Program-made: the position numbers and the translations under genes
Notes under the pieces: generated by a model
Seen by the model: the letters and a program-made list of their open reading frames with translations, nothing else
What the model was told of the DNA's origin: nothing
Databases searched by the model: none
Shown: positions 24,110 to 37,841 of the stretch, piece after piece
Layout: every line of letters starts with the position of its first letter
Position numbering within the stretch: the first letter of the stretch is position 1
Source: Octopus vulgaris
Taxonomy: Eukaryota
Direction of reading: 5' to 3'
Assembly: GCA_951406725.2 (NCBI GenBank)
Contig: OX597833.1
Coordinates: 25,854,001 to 25,918,000 of the forward strand
Length of the DNA stretch: 64,000 nt

Positions 24110-25560
24110 CAATCGTATCTTACCTCCCGCCCTAGTGGTTTCACATCATCGCCAAAACTTGTCTTTAATGTTTTGTAATTGTTTATGTATATTAATATAC
24201 ATTCCATGCCTGGTACGCGTAAACCGTCCTACTCCATAAGTCTTATTGTCTTCATTTTTGCAATTTTTTCCTCAATGGCCGAGTTTGACCAATAGTGCGT
24301 TCGATACGCCCAATGTTTATAACTGGTCTGTAATGCTTGTGTGTATTTAACTGGAGATTCTGGGCTCTCTGTGTGTGTTTGTGTATACTTAACTAGGGAT
24401 GCTGGTCTTTCTGTGTGAGATGGATATTCTGGGATATATGGGATATTCTTGTATTTTTGCCATAATATGTGGGTTACTTATTTCTTTTTCTTCTTTTTTG
24501 AGTTTGTGGGAGATTTTAAAGTCCTTCCTCTTATTATTTTGTACTTCCTGGAATCCTTCATCTCTGCTTTCTACATTTGCTTCTTCCGTATTTTCCTTTA
24601 ATTACTCGTCTCTGTTATTTCCTTCTTGTTTCTCCTCTACTGGTGTCTGGCTGTTAAGCCGGGGACAATACGCCTTTATATGCCCCTTGTTTCTGCAGCG
24701 GTACCAGGTGGGATGTTTTCCCTCTACCACCACTCGCAGCTTCACATCATCTGGTAGCTCTATCTCTTCGGTAATTTTCTGTAAGTTCAGTTAAGTGGCC
24801 TGTATTATAACTTCCAGGCCTTTTCCCCAACAGTTCAATTGTTTGGTGCGGCTGACTTGCAGCACTTCTGGGTCCTCCTTTGTTCCTATTAAGATGCTGC
24901 AAGCAGCCACATCTCGTTAATCTCAGGGGGAACCCTGGCAATCCTCACTCGTGGCCAATCCCGAGATAGGTTGGCAGGAGTGCCCATTCTTCTGTTTTCA
25001 ATGTTACAGTGGAGTACTTTACTGCCTCCTCCACAGTAGGGAAGCGCACCTCCACTGTACCAAACTTTCTTCCTCTGCAGTAAAATTCAATGTCACTTCT
25101 TATATCTTCCAAGCCCTCTTCTATAGCTTCGTCGCTAGTCATTTCTATCTACTTGCTTCTCAGTGATAGGGTTCTGTAAATCACCATTTTTTTCCTTTTT
25201 ACTTTTAATTTGTAGCTGCTTCTTACCATTTCAAAGTCGACAGGTACTTCTTTGACATCCAGTTGGTTCACAGTAGCTGCTACATTCTCTCTACCTACTA
25301 CTGAAGTGTAGTACCCGCCACGTGTTTGCAACATTTCCATTGCTATTCTCGCGCCAACTGGGGGAGAAAACAAAACAAAAGCAAACAATGCAACAACGGT
25401 TTAACAGCTCGAACAGTAGTCAAACCCGCTCGGGAAGACCTTCAACAAAGGACAACCCATCCGCAACGATAATAATTCAAGACGGGACTACCAAAACGAT
25501 CTCTCACGACTACAACCGAACTCTACTCTTTACAAGAGTTCGGCTTGTCCATTCTCCAAT
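24110..25560 (-). mobile_element. Decayed Tx1/L1-type ORF1 (gag-like) element with no ORF2 visible
   Basis: Fragments GRKFGTVEVRF..EEA..LLPTYLG and ELPDDVKLRVVVEGKHPT(W)YRCRNKGHIKAYCP (CX2CX4HX4C knuckle with first C changed to W, 24662-24706), followed by a Lys/Glu-rich region. Confidence 0.65.
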
Positions 25561-26462
25561 CTGCGAGGGTTTGTGACTCAGTGGTTACCGATGATGTTGA
25601 CTTGTTCTTCTTTTCGGATTATGGCTGCTGTTGCTTAGTGAGTGGGATTGAATCAGTGCACAGCCTTTCCTCACTTTAACAAAAGATCTTCTTGCACAGG
25701 CATTCCACGATAACAACATTGATTAAGCTTCGTGCAATGGCCATACTCGATAACTATGGGGCAGCCACCATGTATGTATGTATGTATGAATGGTATATAA
25801 CTTGGCTTACCTTTGTTGTATCAAATGTGTTAACTTTGTTTTTATTGCTTAGTAATAATATACATAAATACTTGTTTTTTTGTTGTTTCTTTTTGCTTTT
25901 AGTTATGTTTTTTGGTTACAGTTACTACTTACATCTACAAAGTGTCTGTCTATATCACAATCATTTGATGCTCATTTTAGTTATCGATTACAATCGCTGT
26001 GTGAGATCAAGTTCTGCAGAGGTCGACTTCGCGTTTCGTTATCTTGTGGTCGATAAAATATGTATCAGTCGAGAAGTTGGATCGATGTAGAACCAATTAA
26101 AGGATCAATCCAGTCCTTTATGCTAAAAGCTGTATAGAGCAATGCCCTGCACAAGACATTGGAAAACATCTAGCTCAAACTAATTTGATTAACAGGGACA
26201 TAATGACAGGAAAAGTTCACTGAGTCCTGAACAAAATTCATTGAAGAAATGCTCATCAGAAACTGAAATTTACTCAGAAATGAACACTCATATGTACCGT
26301 AAACAGAGAACCATGTTCAAAGTTCAGTTAATTACTATGGATTGCACTGAGTGTGACAACAGTGTGTTCCCCCGTTTGATCTCCAATTATGTAACTCTAG
26401 GGTGGTACAGTACGTATAGGGCATTTTGTTTGCTTTTTCACTATGAAGTAACAGTGCCACGT

Positions 26463-26836
26463 TACTCTTTTACTTGTTTCAGTTATTTGACTGTGGTAAT
26501 GCTGGAGCATCGCCTTTAGTCGAGCAAATTGACCCCAGGACTTATTCTTTGTTAGCCTAGTACTTATTCTATCGTCTATTTTGCCGAACCGCTAAGTTAC
26601 AGGGACGTAAACACACCAGCATCGGTTGTCAAGCGAAGTTGGAGGGACAAACACAGACACACAAACACACACACACACATATACATATATACGACGGGCT
26701 TCTTTCAGTTTCCGTCTACCAAATGTACTCACAAGGCTTTGGTCGGCCCGAGGCTACAGTAGAAGACACTTGCCGAAGATTCCACGCAGTGGAACTGAAC
26801 CCGGAACTACTTACCACACAGCCACTCCTACGCCTA
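26463..26836 (-). mobile_element. tRNA-derived SINE family B (CORE-like)
   Basis: Minus-strand head AGGAGTGGCTGTGTGGTAAGTAG..CCGGGTTCAGTTCC, then TCTTCGGCAAGTGTCTTCTAC (CORE-like), an internal microsatellite and an (AAGAGTA) tail. Confidence 0.82.
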
Positions 26837-26999
26837 ACTTTGTGAAATATGTGTTATGCAAGTTGAACCATCATGTATTGACTTCAAAAGAATTATTTCA
26901 TAGTAGGTGATATAAGGACATGGATGAAGTTGCTTTGTTTTCTGCTTTATAGTTCTTTTGCTCCGAGTCAGTTCTGATCGAGCAAATCCACAATGATAT

Positions 27000-27300
27000 A
27001 TGTTCTCATATGGACCATGGAGTCTTTTGTAAATAATGTCTCATTGATATTTCAAGGATGCTGGATATGTGTTCTGGGACAAATTTAGTTGCTATATCTA
27101 GCAAGTCGATTGTTGCTATTGTTGATTTGCTCCGATATGCCCTCAGTGGATCATTGATCAACACCAGGCCTGCCCACATTCTACTGCACAATTTACAATA
27201 CGTACCAGATTTGGTCCTGTGCCTTTATTATGCAAACAAAATATATCAAGAACTACATCATCCAATGTGTCCTTTTTTTTCTCAAATAGAATGATTTAAG
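27000..27300 (-). pseudogene. Possible mariner transposase N-terminal remnant
   Basis: INDPLRAYRSKSTIAT..ISSILEIS loosely resembles the mariner DDPRSGRPST..IAxxLGIS region; heavily decayed. Confidence 0.3.
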
Positions 27301-27431
27301 GAAGATTTTGCTTTTATTTCCAGCAGACTTTTGCCTCTTCTTTGGTTCCATATTAGAACAATGTACGAAAGTGAAAGATAGACACAGACGGAGAGAGGAA
27401 TAAAAATGCAAATAAATTAAGAAGAAAGAGC

Positions 27432-27485
<54 letters not shown>

Positions 27486-27829
27486 GGACACTTTCCCACT
27501 TTTCTTTACGCATCATCTAAACCATTAGCTGTTGTTGGAAACCAGCGGTAACAACTGAGTCAGGTGATCCTGAAGCTACGCTTTCCTTCATTTAGAACTA
27601 AGTTACCAAATTTTCAATCTAAGATGCAGCAGATTTTACAGCTGTTCTCTCCGTCTTAGCGTTATACATACATAGATAACACATATGCACTGATTCCAAA
27701 ACTGTTCACATACACACATACTTGCAAAAACATCAAGATGTGGTTGTTGAAATTTCATTGAAAAAACCATGGATCTAGGTTAGAAACCAGCTCTTTAGGC
27801 AAAAATCTTGAAATAAGACTGAATAATCT

Positions 27830-28020
27830 TTTCTAATCTAGGCAGAAGGCCCGAAATTTTGGGGGAGCGGTTAGATCAACCCCAGTACGCAACTGGTACT
27901 TTATCGACGCGAAAGGATGAAAGGCAAAGTCGACCTCGGTGGAATTTGAACTCAGAACGTAGCAGCAGACGAAATACTGCTAAGCATTTCGCCCGGCGTG
28001 CTAACGTTTCTGCCAGCTTT
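27830..28020 (-). mobile_element. SINE family A
   Basis: GAAAGGATGAAAGGCAAAGTCGACCTCGGTGGAATTTGAACTCAGAACGT is the reverse complement of the family core. Confidence 0.82.
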
Positions 28021-28369
28021 GAAATAAGACTGAATAATAACAAACATATGCATGCGTTTATGTATACAATATGTGTGTGTATGTGTGAATATATGCATGC
28101 ATAACCTGTGTCAGCATCGGGTATATGTATTTGATAATTTTGCTGTATTATTACTATTTTAATATTAATTGCATTTGAAATGTATAAATATATCTCAATA
28201 TATTTCTATAGGAGCTGTAGCAGACTACATTTATATACATGCATTGTTAGTATATAATCAAGGGAATTAACAAATACTTCTCTACCAAAGAGCTGTAAAT
28301 ATCTCAAGGGAAAAAGAACGAGAAAGAAAAAGAAAGCATGTCTAAAGCTATGTTATAAGACCAAATACC

Positions 28370-28705
28370 CCCGAGGTCGACTTTGCCTTTCATCCTCTCG
28401 GGGTGGATAAAACCAGCTGAGCATTGGGTTCGATTGAATCAACTTGCCTCCCAACCCCAAAATTGCTGGCATCGGATCAAAATTTGAAACTGATATTGTA
28501 ATAAGAATGAAGTGGGGAACTAGCACAATCATTGCTGCGCCAGGCAAAATGCTTAACGGCGTTTGGTCCGTCTTCACGTTCTGAATTTAAATTCCATCGA
28601 GGTCGACTTAGCCTTTCATCTTTTCGGGGTCGATAAAATAAGTACGAGCTGATCACGGGGGTTGATGTTATCGATTTAAACCTTTGCCCAAAATCTGAAA
28701 CCAAT
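28370..28705 (+). mobile_element. Two SINE family A fragments
   Basis: CGAGGTCGACTT(T/A)GCCTTTCATC at ~28372 and ~28598. Confidence 0.7.
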
Positions 28706-29229
28706 TTTAACTATATTAGGCGTCATAAACTATAAATAATGTTGGCCTTTATCAAACATTTCAATGGGAACATCGTGTTACTGTACATGATAACACAGAC
28801 ATTTTAATCTTATTTCATAACTATACGATGTGTATTCATTGATTCAAGTAGAATAAAGCTTATGTATTTTATATCAATTATTGTTTACCTATTGCCTGGG
28901 GAACAAATGGATTAGGGAACGCCCAAATGGATATTTGATAAAGCACAGAAATTAGAGGAATGTAATCAGAGCGTTGCGTCTTTGTTCATTCAGCGTACGT
29001 AGTATGAATCGGTCATATTACATACAGTCTTTTCTGAGGAACGTAGCTGAATTATGCACAAGGTATGTACGTGTATATCTGCATATATAGTGTGTGTATG
29101 TGTGTGTGTGTTTGTGGATATGTGTGAGCATGTGTTTGTAATATACAAGATAAAATATATTCTCAACGAGCTACTTTTCTGTAAGAAGCCTACGAAACTT
29201 TGAGTCGTATAGGGCTGAATCAAACCGTA

Positions 29230-29260
<31 letters not shown>

Positions 29261-29354
29261 GTGTTCCCTGGGAACAGTAAGTGAAAATCGTAAGTACATG
29301 GAACAAATAGGGGCTGCAATAATGGTTGAACACTGGCAGAAAACAATGCTGCTT

Positions 29355-29355
<1 letters not shown>

Positions 29356-29398
<43 letters not shown>

Positions 29399-29409
29399 GT
29401 ATATGTATA

Positions 29410-29462
<53 letters not shown>

Positions 29463-29467
29463 GATAT

Positions 29468-29510
<43 letters not shown>
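29356..29510. repeat. (TA)n-(GATA)n microsatellite
   Basis: Direct reading. Confidence 0.9.
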
Positions 29511-29511
<1 letters not shown>

Positions 29512-32348
29512 TTAAAACGGTAAGACAACAAAAGAAAGAAAGAGACCTCGATATTATGTAAATAGAGGGCGGCGTGGATTTCCACCTCGGCATCCGAAAT
29601 TCGGAGTTTTATCATGGCTATCGAATAATTGTCACATATTACATTTACAGATGTGTGTGTGTGTGTGTATACGTGTATGTGTGTTTGAGCATGTGAGTCT
29701 GTATATGTGTTTGCGCGCGCGTGCGTAGTTATTCAATAAAAAATATGACTTCCATCACGATGCAAATCTAATAAAGAATCGGTATTGTTATGCTGCAGTA
29801 GTTTTACTGTTTTTCCCTCCAATCATTTTTGTTTTTACATTTCATTGAGCTGAAATATGAAATATAAAACACGATACTTGAATAATGAACACGCTTTATT
29901 TGTATATACTTCACATCATCTTCAAAATCTTTTTATTTGCATTATATGAAACGTTTTCATGCATTAAACATAATGTTATGAAAATACAGATACTCATTAT
30001 TTTAGGTTCTGAAAACTGAAACAAACACTTTTGTAACAGATTCATTGGAAATTATTTAAAAATGAATGCAAATACATATTTAAGAAACACAGCATTTTTT
30101 ATACTAATATATGTCATGTAGACAATGGGTCTACATGGCATTTGATGCAGTGAGGGCGTAGTTTAATATTGATCGATCATTTATACAAGGAAAACAAATA
30201 TATTATATGAATATATATTTCATATTTATCAAACCATTGTTTGTGGAGACATATTGTGAATGTATGACGGTAGACTGCTGTAGTCCAAGAAAGAGAGTTC
30301 TGTAATTTCTTGCGGATCAAACCTGTTCAAATGACTTCTTTATAGTGATCAAATATTCCTGCTGTACATCAGCTCGTTCCCTCCATCAAATCAACATTGC
30401 TTGAACAGGTGCACGCTGTACTACACGTAGGGTGTCGAAGTGATCGTCGAGCAATTTGAGATGAAGTTTTTTTCTTACGAATACAAAGCACTACTCAGTC
30501 CAGGAATTTAACCCACGATCTCATGATCGGGAATGCAATACATAAGCACCACTGTATGCTTTTTCTAATTGAGCTATTCATGGCGCATACGAAATATGCT
30601 GAGTGAATGTATAATTTGTATTTAACAGTTCATAGCAGATGCGTAACCAGTAGAGTGGGTGTATAGATTTTATAACAGCAATGTATAGCACAACTGGAAC
30701 ATGTAGAGAGTATACAATTTTATATATTAATAAGCCATGGGACACACAAAATATGTGAAATCAGTTTATAATGTTATAATAACAGTCCACCCTGCATAAA
30801 CGCGTAGTGAGTATATCATATATGTAATAATCAATGGAACGTAACAAATATGTAAGGGTGAGTGGTACAATTTTAGGTTTAACCATTCTTAGGTAATGTT
30901 TTTGTTTCTCAATATTCCTATTTTCGGTGCCTACGAGCAGGGAAATTTTTGTCACGCCGGGCAAAATGTTTTGCGGCATTTGGTCCGACTTACGTTCTGT
31001 GTTCAATTGCCACCGAATTCGACCTTGCTCTCATTCTTTCGGGTGCAATAAAATAAGTGACTATTAGCTCCTTTCCTGAAACTACTGGCCTTGTGTCAAA
31101 ATTTGAAACCAATATTCCGTATTACATCACAATGAATTGGATGGAGGATAATTGTACCAGCAAGTTACCGTGGTTATTTGTTTTGACTTGGTAATTATGT
31201 ATTGTATTATCTGAGCGATTCATAGTGCAACGAAGCTTGTAATGGTGGTGAGATAATGTGCGTAGTCTCCGTTGGAGGACTTACAGTTTTGCTGAATATC
31301 ATAGGTCTTTGCTATTTGTGTTAAAATGTTAGAGTCTTGGCCTTGTTGAAGTCACCAGCGACTTGATCGCTCCAAAAAACCCACAGAATAAGGTGAACGT
31401 CCGTCGCGTATTCGTTCATTGTCCCCACAGTGGTGAATCTGGGGGTCGAAACTCGCGCCAGACAGATTCGTTAATCAGTGGAATCTATCGAGAAGATTGC
31501 CTTACTGCTGTACTTTTGTTTGGAAGAATGACAGACCTGTGGTTATAGTGAAAGACTTTGAGCAGTGAACGCTGTTCAACAGAATTTTTTGTCTCAGTTC
31601 AGCCTGCCATAAACATGCACCGCTTAAAAAATAACGTGAATTTAGACAGGAGCTGCTGCACTCCTGTAAATTTTGTCAATAGTTTATATGAGTGTTAAAA
31701 ACATGGGTCTAAATGGACCTCCTTTATCTGCGTATGCTGGTGGCGAGAATTCGGCGAGGCCAGTTTCCTTTGATAATCCATTATTGTTTGCACTCTTTGC
31801 TGTTACTCCTTATTTTGAGGGATGCCTCTTTGTTTATATTTTCATATTGTACACTACTATTGCTATTCATTATTTAATTATCAATGTGTTCATTTGCTGG
31901 TGCTGATATGATTTTGAACGTTTAAACGATGTAACCCCACCTTTGATTCTATTTGTGATTTTTCTTTGTATTTCGCCTAAATGGACGTCTGTAGCAAGCC
32001 ATCTGAGTTTAAATACCGCCGAGGTCAGTTTTGCCTTTCACTCCTATGGACTTAATAAAATTAGGCACCAGTCAAGTACTGTTGTCGATATAACTTCTGT
32101 TCAAAACTGTTGGTGATTGTGTCTAAATCATATGCTATTTCATATCTTTTAGAATTCAGCAATATGATACCACAATGACATCCTTTTCTGATGTGGATTC
32201 GAACCATCAAACTGTCGATTTATAACGTTACATCGAATCAAATTAATTCCTACACTCAACTACGTTCAAGTTAATGAAATGAAAAAAATTAAATATACAA
32301 AAAAAAAACCAACAACAAAACCGTGGGCAATACTATGAATCGTAATAT

Positions 32349-33359
32349 TCAAATATGACTTATGGTTGTCATTTTGAGAGAAAGTTGTGATCTAGGATCT
32401 GCAAGAGAGGGTTTCTTCCGAAGTCTTTGGAGAGGAAGCTTAAACATATTCACGAGCTCCTTACGGAAACTCCTGCCACTTATGATATAGATGAAAAAAT
32501 TCAAAAAGCTGTTAGTATAGGAGAGATAATGTATGAGACGATAAATTGGTTTTATAACATTGTTGATATACATACTAGTTCGGTCGGAAAACGTTAATAT
32601 CATTCCTAATACAGCAAATGGGAATGTGAAGACGAAGAACATGATATTAATAGCTAGAACTAGTCGTATGATGTTATCATTTTGGCCCTGTCGGTTAGAA
32701 TGGATGTTACCCTGAGATGCCAAAAATCGCTTTCTTTTTGACAGGTGCTTTATAATGATACTGACACACACAAATAAAATTGCACATGGAATGAACGAGT
32801 AGACGGTATTAAAGATAATGTACTTTGTTAGATGATACCACTTGGGCTCGTCATTGATACAATCACTTTTCTTAGTTCCATTTCTCGATAAGGCTTCTGT
32901 GAAATTGTAATAAATTAAAGTTGGCATGTAAATTAGGGCCAGAGCAGATGTAGTGATGAGAAGTATGACGATGTCTCGTAGCCACGTTCGACTTCGTGTG
33001 AAATCGCCACCCAGTGGAGATTTAATAGCACGCGCACGTTGGATGGTTATTATTACAACGATCCATGAGGATAAGCTGAAAAATAATCTTTCAAAAAACG
33101 GCAAAGCTTTACAGAAGAATAGAGAGCTTTTTCTCAAGGATAAGTTGTAGACACTCATTCGCCATTTGTCAATGAAAGAAAGCAGTAAAATGCAAAAGTC
33201 ACTTACTGCCAATGCAACCAAATAAAGGTTGATGCTTAAACGCCTCTGGGATTTGCGGCAAAGGATAATGATGCAGAAAAAATTAGCAACAAGACCAACA
33301 GGAAAGATGAAAAGGCCAAAATAATGAGCGAAATTTGAAACAAAAGGAGCTACCGACAT
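32349..33359 (-). CDS. Class A GPCR, 336 aa (paralog 2)
   Basis: 7TM pattern; LAVSD in TM2, DKWR..SLFFCKALPFF, TIQRARAI, FIP in TM5, FTFP in TM6, TNSFLNFFIY, SGRSFRKEL; clearly homologous to the other two. Confidence 0.93.
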   Translation of the reverse strand: MSVAPFVSNFAHYFGLFIFPVGLVANFFCIIILCRKSQRRLSINLYLVALAVSDFCILLLSFIDKWRMSVYNLSLRKSSLFFCKALPFFERLFFSLSSWIVVIITIQRARAIKSPLGGDFTRSRTWLRDIVILLITTSALALIYMPTLIYYNFTEALSRNGTKKSDCINDEPKWYHLTKYIIFNTVYSFIPCAILFVCVSIIIKHLSKRKRFLASQGNIHSNRQGQNDNIIRLVLAINIMFFVFTFPFAVLGMILTFSDRTSMYINNVIKPIYRLIHYLSYTNSFLNFFIYIISGRSFRKELVNMFKLPLQRLRKKPSLADPRSQLSLKMTTISHI

Positions 33360-33580
33360 ATTGGAATGCAGGCTCTACTTATGATAAAATTAGAGGATGC
33401 TCTAAGTGGTCGATGGACACGATAAAAGTTTTCATCCGAACTACTTAATTCCAGCCGTTCTATAAAAACGAAGGATACGTTGGATAATATGGTCTTAGGT
33501 TTACTGTATCATACAAAAAATACGATGATAACAGTTGGAACACTGGTTAGTCAGATTGCCCTTGGTCTAAAGAACAAGTT

Positions 33581-33581
<1 letters not shown>

Positions 33582-33632
<51 letters not shown>
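33582..33632. repeat. (ACT)n microsatellite
   Basis: Direct reading. Confidence 0.9.
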
Positions 33633-33633
<1 letters not shown>

Positions 33634-34589
33634 TCAATGACTTCACTCAAATATTAAGTTTCTGTATTTTCGAAAATACATCATTCTAGCTTCATTTGTG
33701 ACCCAGAACCATCTAATCTAATTTGAGAGAATACTTTTCACAACAATGTTAAAGCTATTTGCAACAGAAACGACGTTACGTAAAGTAGTTACTTCAAGTT
33801 ATGTTAACCCAATATTTTAGAAGGAATGGAATGCAGTCTTTTTACTCCTTGCGCTTATTTCAAGGACTTGCCCTCCGCCATACAATGTTAACTCCTTAAC
33901 ATTTCACACTCATCCACTTAAAGAGAAATGATACAGAATATTGTAAATTTGTCTCGCATTCTTACCAAATGATGCCCCACACAATTCTACAATATTGGTT
34001 CTTCTCATAGAAAAAGTGTAATTTGTTGACAAAGAAGAAAACTAGGCTGGCTTAAACTTTGATAGGCAGAGATGCATTTGAAGTATATTTAATCATTGAA
34101 TATAATGGATTTCCGAAAGAAAGGAAAATGACGGTAGCATTGAGTGTAATATATTACCGATATTTGCTCATTTTCCCTATTTGGCAGAGAAGTATTTCAA
34201 ATTAACCAGGAAACGATGTAAAACATTAATTGACGAAGTTGAAACTAAATGTATGCTGATAGTTTTTTCTAACTTGTGTTTGACCAGTGTCTGCAGACGC
34301 TCGGCATACTTAAAATAGATTTCAATCTATATCAAATCACCCTTTAAAATAAAAAAAAATTGGCAATAATACACTTTAGTTGAAAACTAGAAAAAAAAAT
34401 CATACCCCACAAAACATGGATTTATGATGATTGACTTGTCACCACGTAGAAATGCAGATTAAGGCTAATTTGACACTATTCAACGAAAACAAAAACAATA
34501 TCTTCACGCTTATATATATATACAAAATGGGACAAGAACGCAAAACATCCGGACAACTAAGTGATACAAAAAGGGACAACAGAATATCC

Positions 34590-34593
34590 AATA

Positions 34594-34629
<36 letters not shown>

Positions 34630-34750
34630 TGTATGTATGTATGTATGTACGTATGTATGTATGTATGTATGTATGTATGTATGTATGTATGTATGTGTGT
34701 ATGTGTGTGTGTGTGTATATGTATGTATGTATTTATGTATGTATGTATGT
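34590..34750. repeat. (TATG)n microsatellite
   Basis: Direct reading. Confidence 0.9.
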
Positions 34751-36084
34751 AAGTAATTACTTTACATATCAACCCTCTGTTCTCATTAAGCTAAAGTAAG
34801 AACAATGATTAATTATGGCATATTGTAATAATCCTAAAATAAATCTGAGTCTCAGTCAAAAGTAAATAAAATCATAAATTAAAACGTTGTGCGAGAAAGC
34901 AGACGCGACCAGTTTCAATTTGCCTTGTTAATTTGTTTTTAAATTCAACTTCATTGAACATAGAGACGTAACTAAATATCTGAAAAACTGTTCCCCATTG
35001 AACCGATCCTATCATTGACACTGTTACTCATATTACGAATAAATATCTTCCTTGACGTTATTTTAATTTCCGTATAACAGTCGCAAGAAATTTTTTGAGA
35101 GTAAGTAAATTGTGTTGGATATTTAGAGGAAGCCGTCAGCATCAAATCATCTCTTTCTGTTTGTACATCCGGATTCTGAATGCAGCCACGAGCATCAAGG
35201 CAGGCGATACACTCCGAGACGACTTTCGACATGTTACGATACATATGGGCAGACACAGATATATTTCCATTCCAATTCTGAAATATTTCCCATCGAGCTT
35301 GTATGTTATTTCCTCTCCACTGGTCACAAGAGATAATAAATATACATCACCCATCCACTTAGGCAGTTTGGATCTCACATTACGTTTATCATTTTCATGG
35401 ATCTGTCATTGCTTCATATACAGATATATAATATATACATATAATTTCACTCTGTCCCTTGTAAAATTAAGTGTGTGTGTGTGATGATTGAGAGATTTGC
35501 AATTAAGTTTGTTCAAACGATAGCAAAATCAAATACAACAACGGCAAAACGAGAAATTTTAAATGGCAATTGGTTGTATATGGAAAGCAAAATGTGCATG
35601 CATATGTATGTACATATTCTGATAAGATATACTGAGAGAGTCAGCTGATACGATTTTATGAAATCTGCTCACCAACCACAGCAATTTGTCACGTTGAAGA
35701 AAGCAAAGTTAGTAATGGGAAAAAAGTAACTCACAAATGTTTGTTATAGAAAATAAATGCAAGACAATATTTCAAGATTAAGGAAAAAGAAGCAGAATAG
35801 CAAAAATGTATTTTTGTATGTGTGTGATTTCTTGCTTTTCTTTTTCTATTCTTTTTCCAAAATAACATTTTTTTTTTAAATGTAAAAGAATTACAAATCC
35901 TACTTGGATTTATAAATGATGCCCACCAAAATACCTGTTAATTACATTCAGAAAATGCGTATGTCGGTATTAACAAATGTTTCGTATGTCCAAAACGTCA
36001 AATGACTTCAGTGTTGCTACGTATACGATATCACGTGAGGTCTCGAACCAGTTAATTATATATCACACCAATCCATGGCTTCTA

Positions 36085-36321
36085 ACATATATATATATAT
36101 TTTTTTGAATATAAACCACATATATATACATATACATATATAAATATATATACACATATATATATATGTATAAATATCTATATATCTATATCTATATGTA
36201 TATATATATATAAATATATATATATGTGTGTGTATGTATGTATATGTATATATGTATATGAATATATGTGTGTATATATGTATATATAAATCTGCATATA
36301 TATGTATGTATATAAATATGC

Positions 36322-36359
<38 letters not shown>

Positions 36360-36410
36360 CCACACATATGCACACATATATGTATATGCATATATATATA
36401 CATGCACACA
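36085..36410. repeat. Degenerate (TA)n/(TATG)n tract
   Basis: Direct reading. Confidence 0.9.
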
Positions 36411-37841
36411 TGTGTGGGGAGTGATTAGAGTATTAGAGAAAAAAAGGCGGAAAGTGGGAGAGGGAGAACATTGTCAATTGATTCCTTATTATCGATCTAT
36501 TGCTATTCTAACAGGCATGTTTTCTAGAACAGCCCGCAAACCGTTACAAAGACAAGCATTTCGTTGTTGCATACGCCCATTTCCTCATGTTTCGTTTTAT
36601 TATCTATCTAAAAAAATAATTCCCCTTATTGTAATTGCAGCATCGTTTTATTGAGTAATTATGCATATTAATGACAGCAATAACAAAGATCACAACAACA
36701 ACAACAACAACAACAATAATAATGATGTGAAGACAAATAGTTATTATTGAACCAGATATTAAAACAAACGTCAATATATATACAGATTTTCCTTTCAAAA
36801 TTATTCAGTATAATTTACATTATCGACGAAATAACAAAAATTAAAACGATTATCAAAGGCTCGTAAAAGCCAAAATGGTTAAGAGCAGATATTCATGAAT
36901 GACGTTAAATAACTAGAAAACAAAGAAAAAAAAACAAGAAAAAATAAAATGAGTTAGCTAAAGTACATACATATATATATACTGTATATACATATAACTT
37001 TGTCACGTAGTATATACTGAATCTCCAGTATTTTGCTCCTTTTATATATTTTTATATTTCTACATATATATATGTATATATATATGTGTATATATATACT
37101 GTATATGTGTGTGCGCGCGTGTGTGTGTATATATGTATGTATGTGTGTATGTATGTATGTATGCATGTACACACACACTCACACACAGATGCATTCATAT
37201 ACATAGATATATAAACACATCTAAATACATTTCGGTGGCTATACTTGACATAGTAACAACAGAAACTATATAATTATGAATCTCAAGAAAACGAATGAAA
37301 AGCCATTTCACAGATAGAGGAGTGTGAATATTATAGGAAATCTATGTTATGCACATGAGAATCTCTATGCATTATTCGTAAATTGTGAAGAAACAGTACA
37401 TTACTTCCGGTTTTGTTCCGATAACAATAAATCCCTTTTTATCTATTTTTAAGTTTGTTTTTTAATGTTTTTAAGTTTTTTTTTTTTATTTTTAAAATCT
37501 TGTTTATTCCATAAAAATTAATAGCGGAAATGGGATAGTTTGTCACATGTCATTAATAGTGTTACCAGAAGTGGGATCGTTTTCACTTTTGCTTTGTTTT
37601 TCTCTATGTCTCCTTCTACCTGTCTATCTGTCTCTCACCCTCTCTCTCTCTACTCTCTCTCATTCCCTCTCCCTCTTTCTCTCCCTCGCTCTCTCTCTCT
37701 CTCTCTTATAGCTTTTTTCTGTGTCATCTAGCAACCTACCGATACAAGTTAAGTTACAATTAACGCATCTCACGTAACAGTTCCCATTAAACTAGTTCAA
37801 TTTACACAGGTAAACATTAAAGATATCGTTCTGAATAAATT

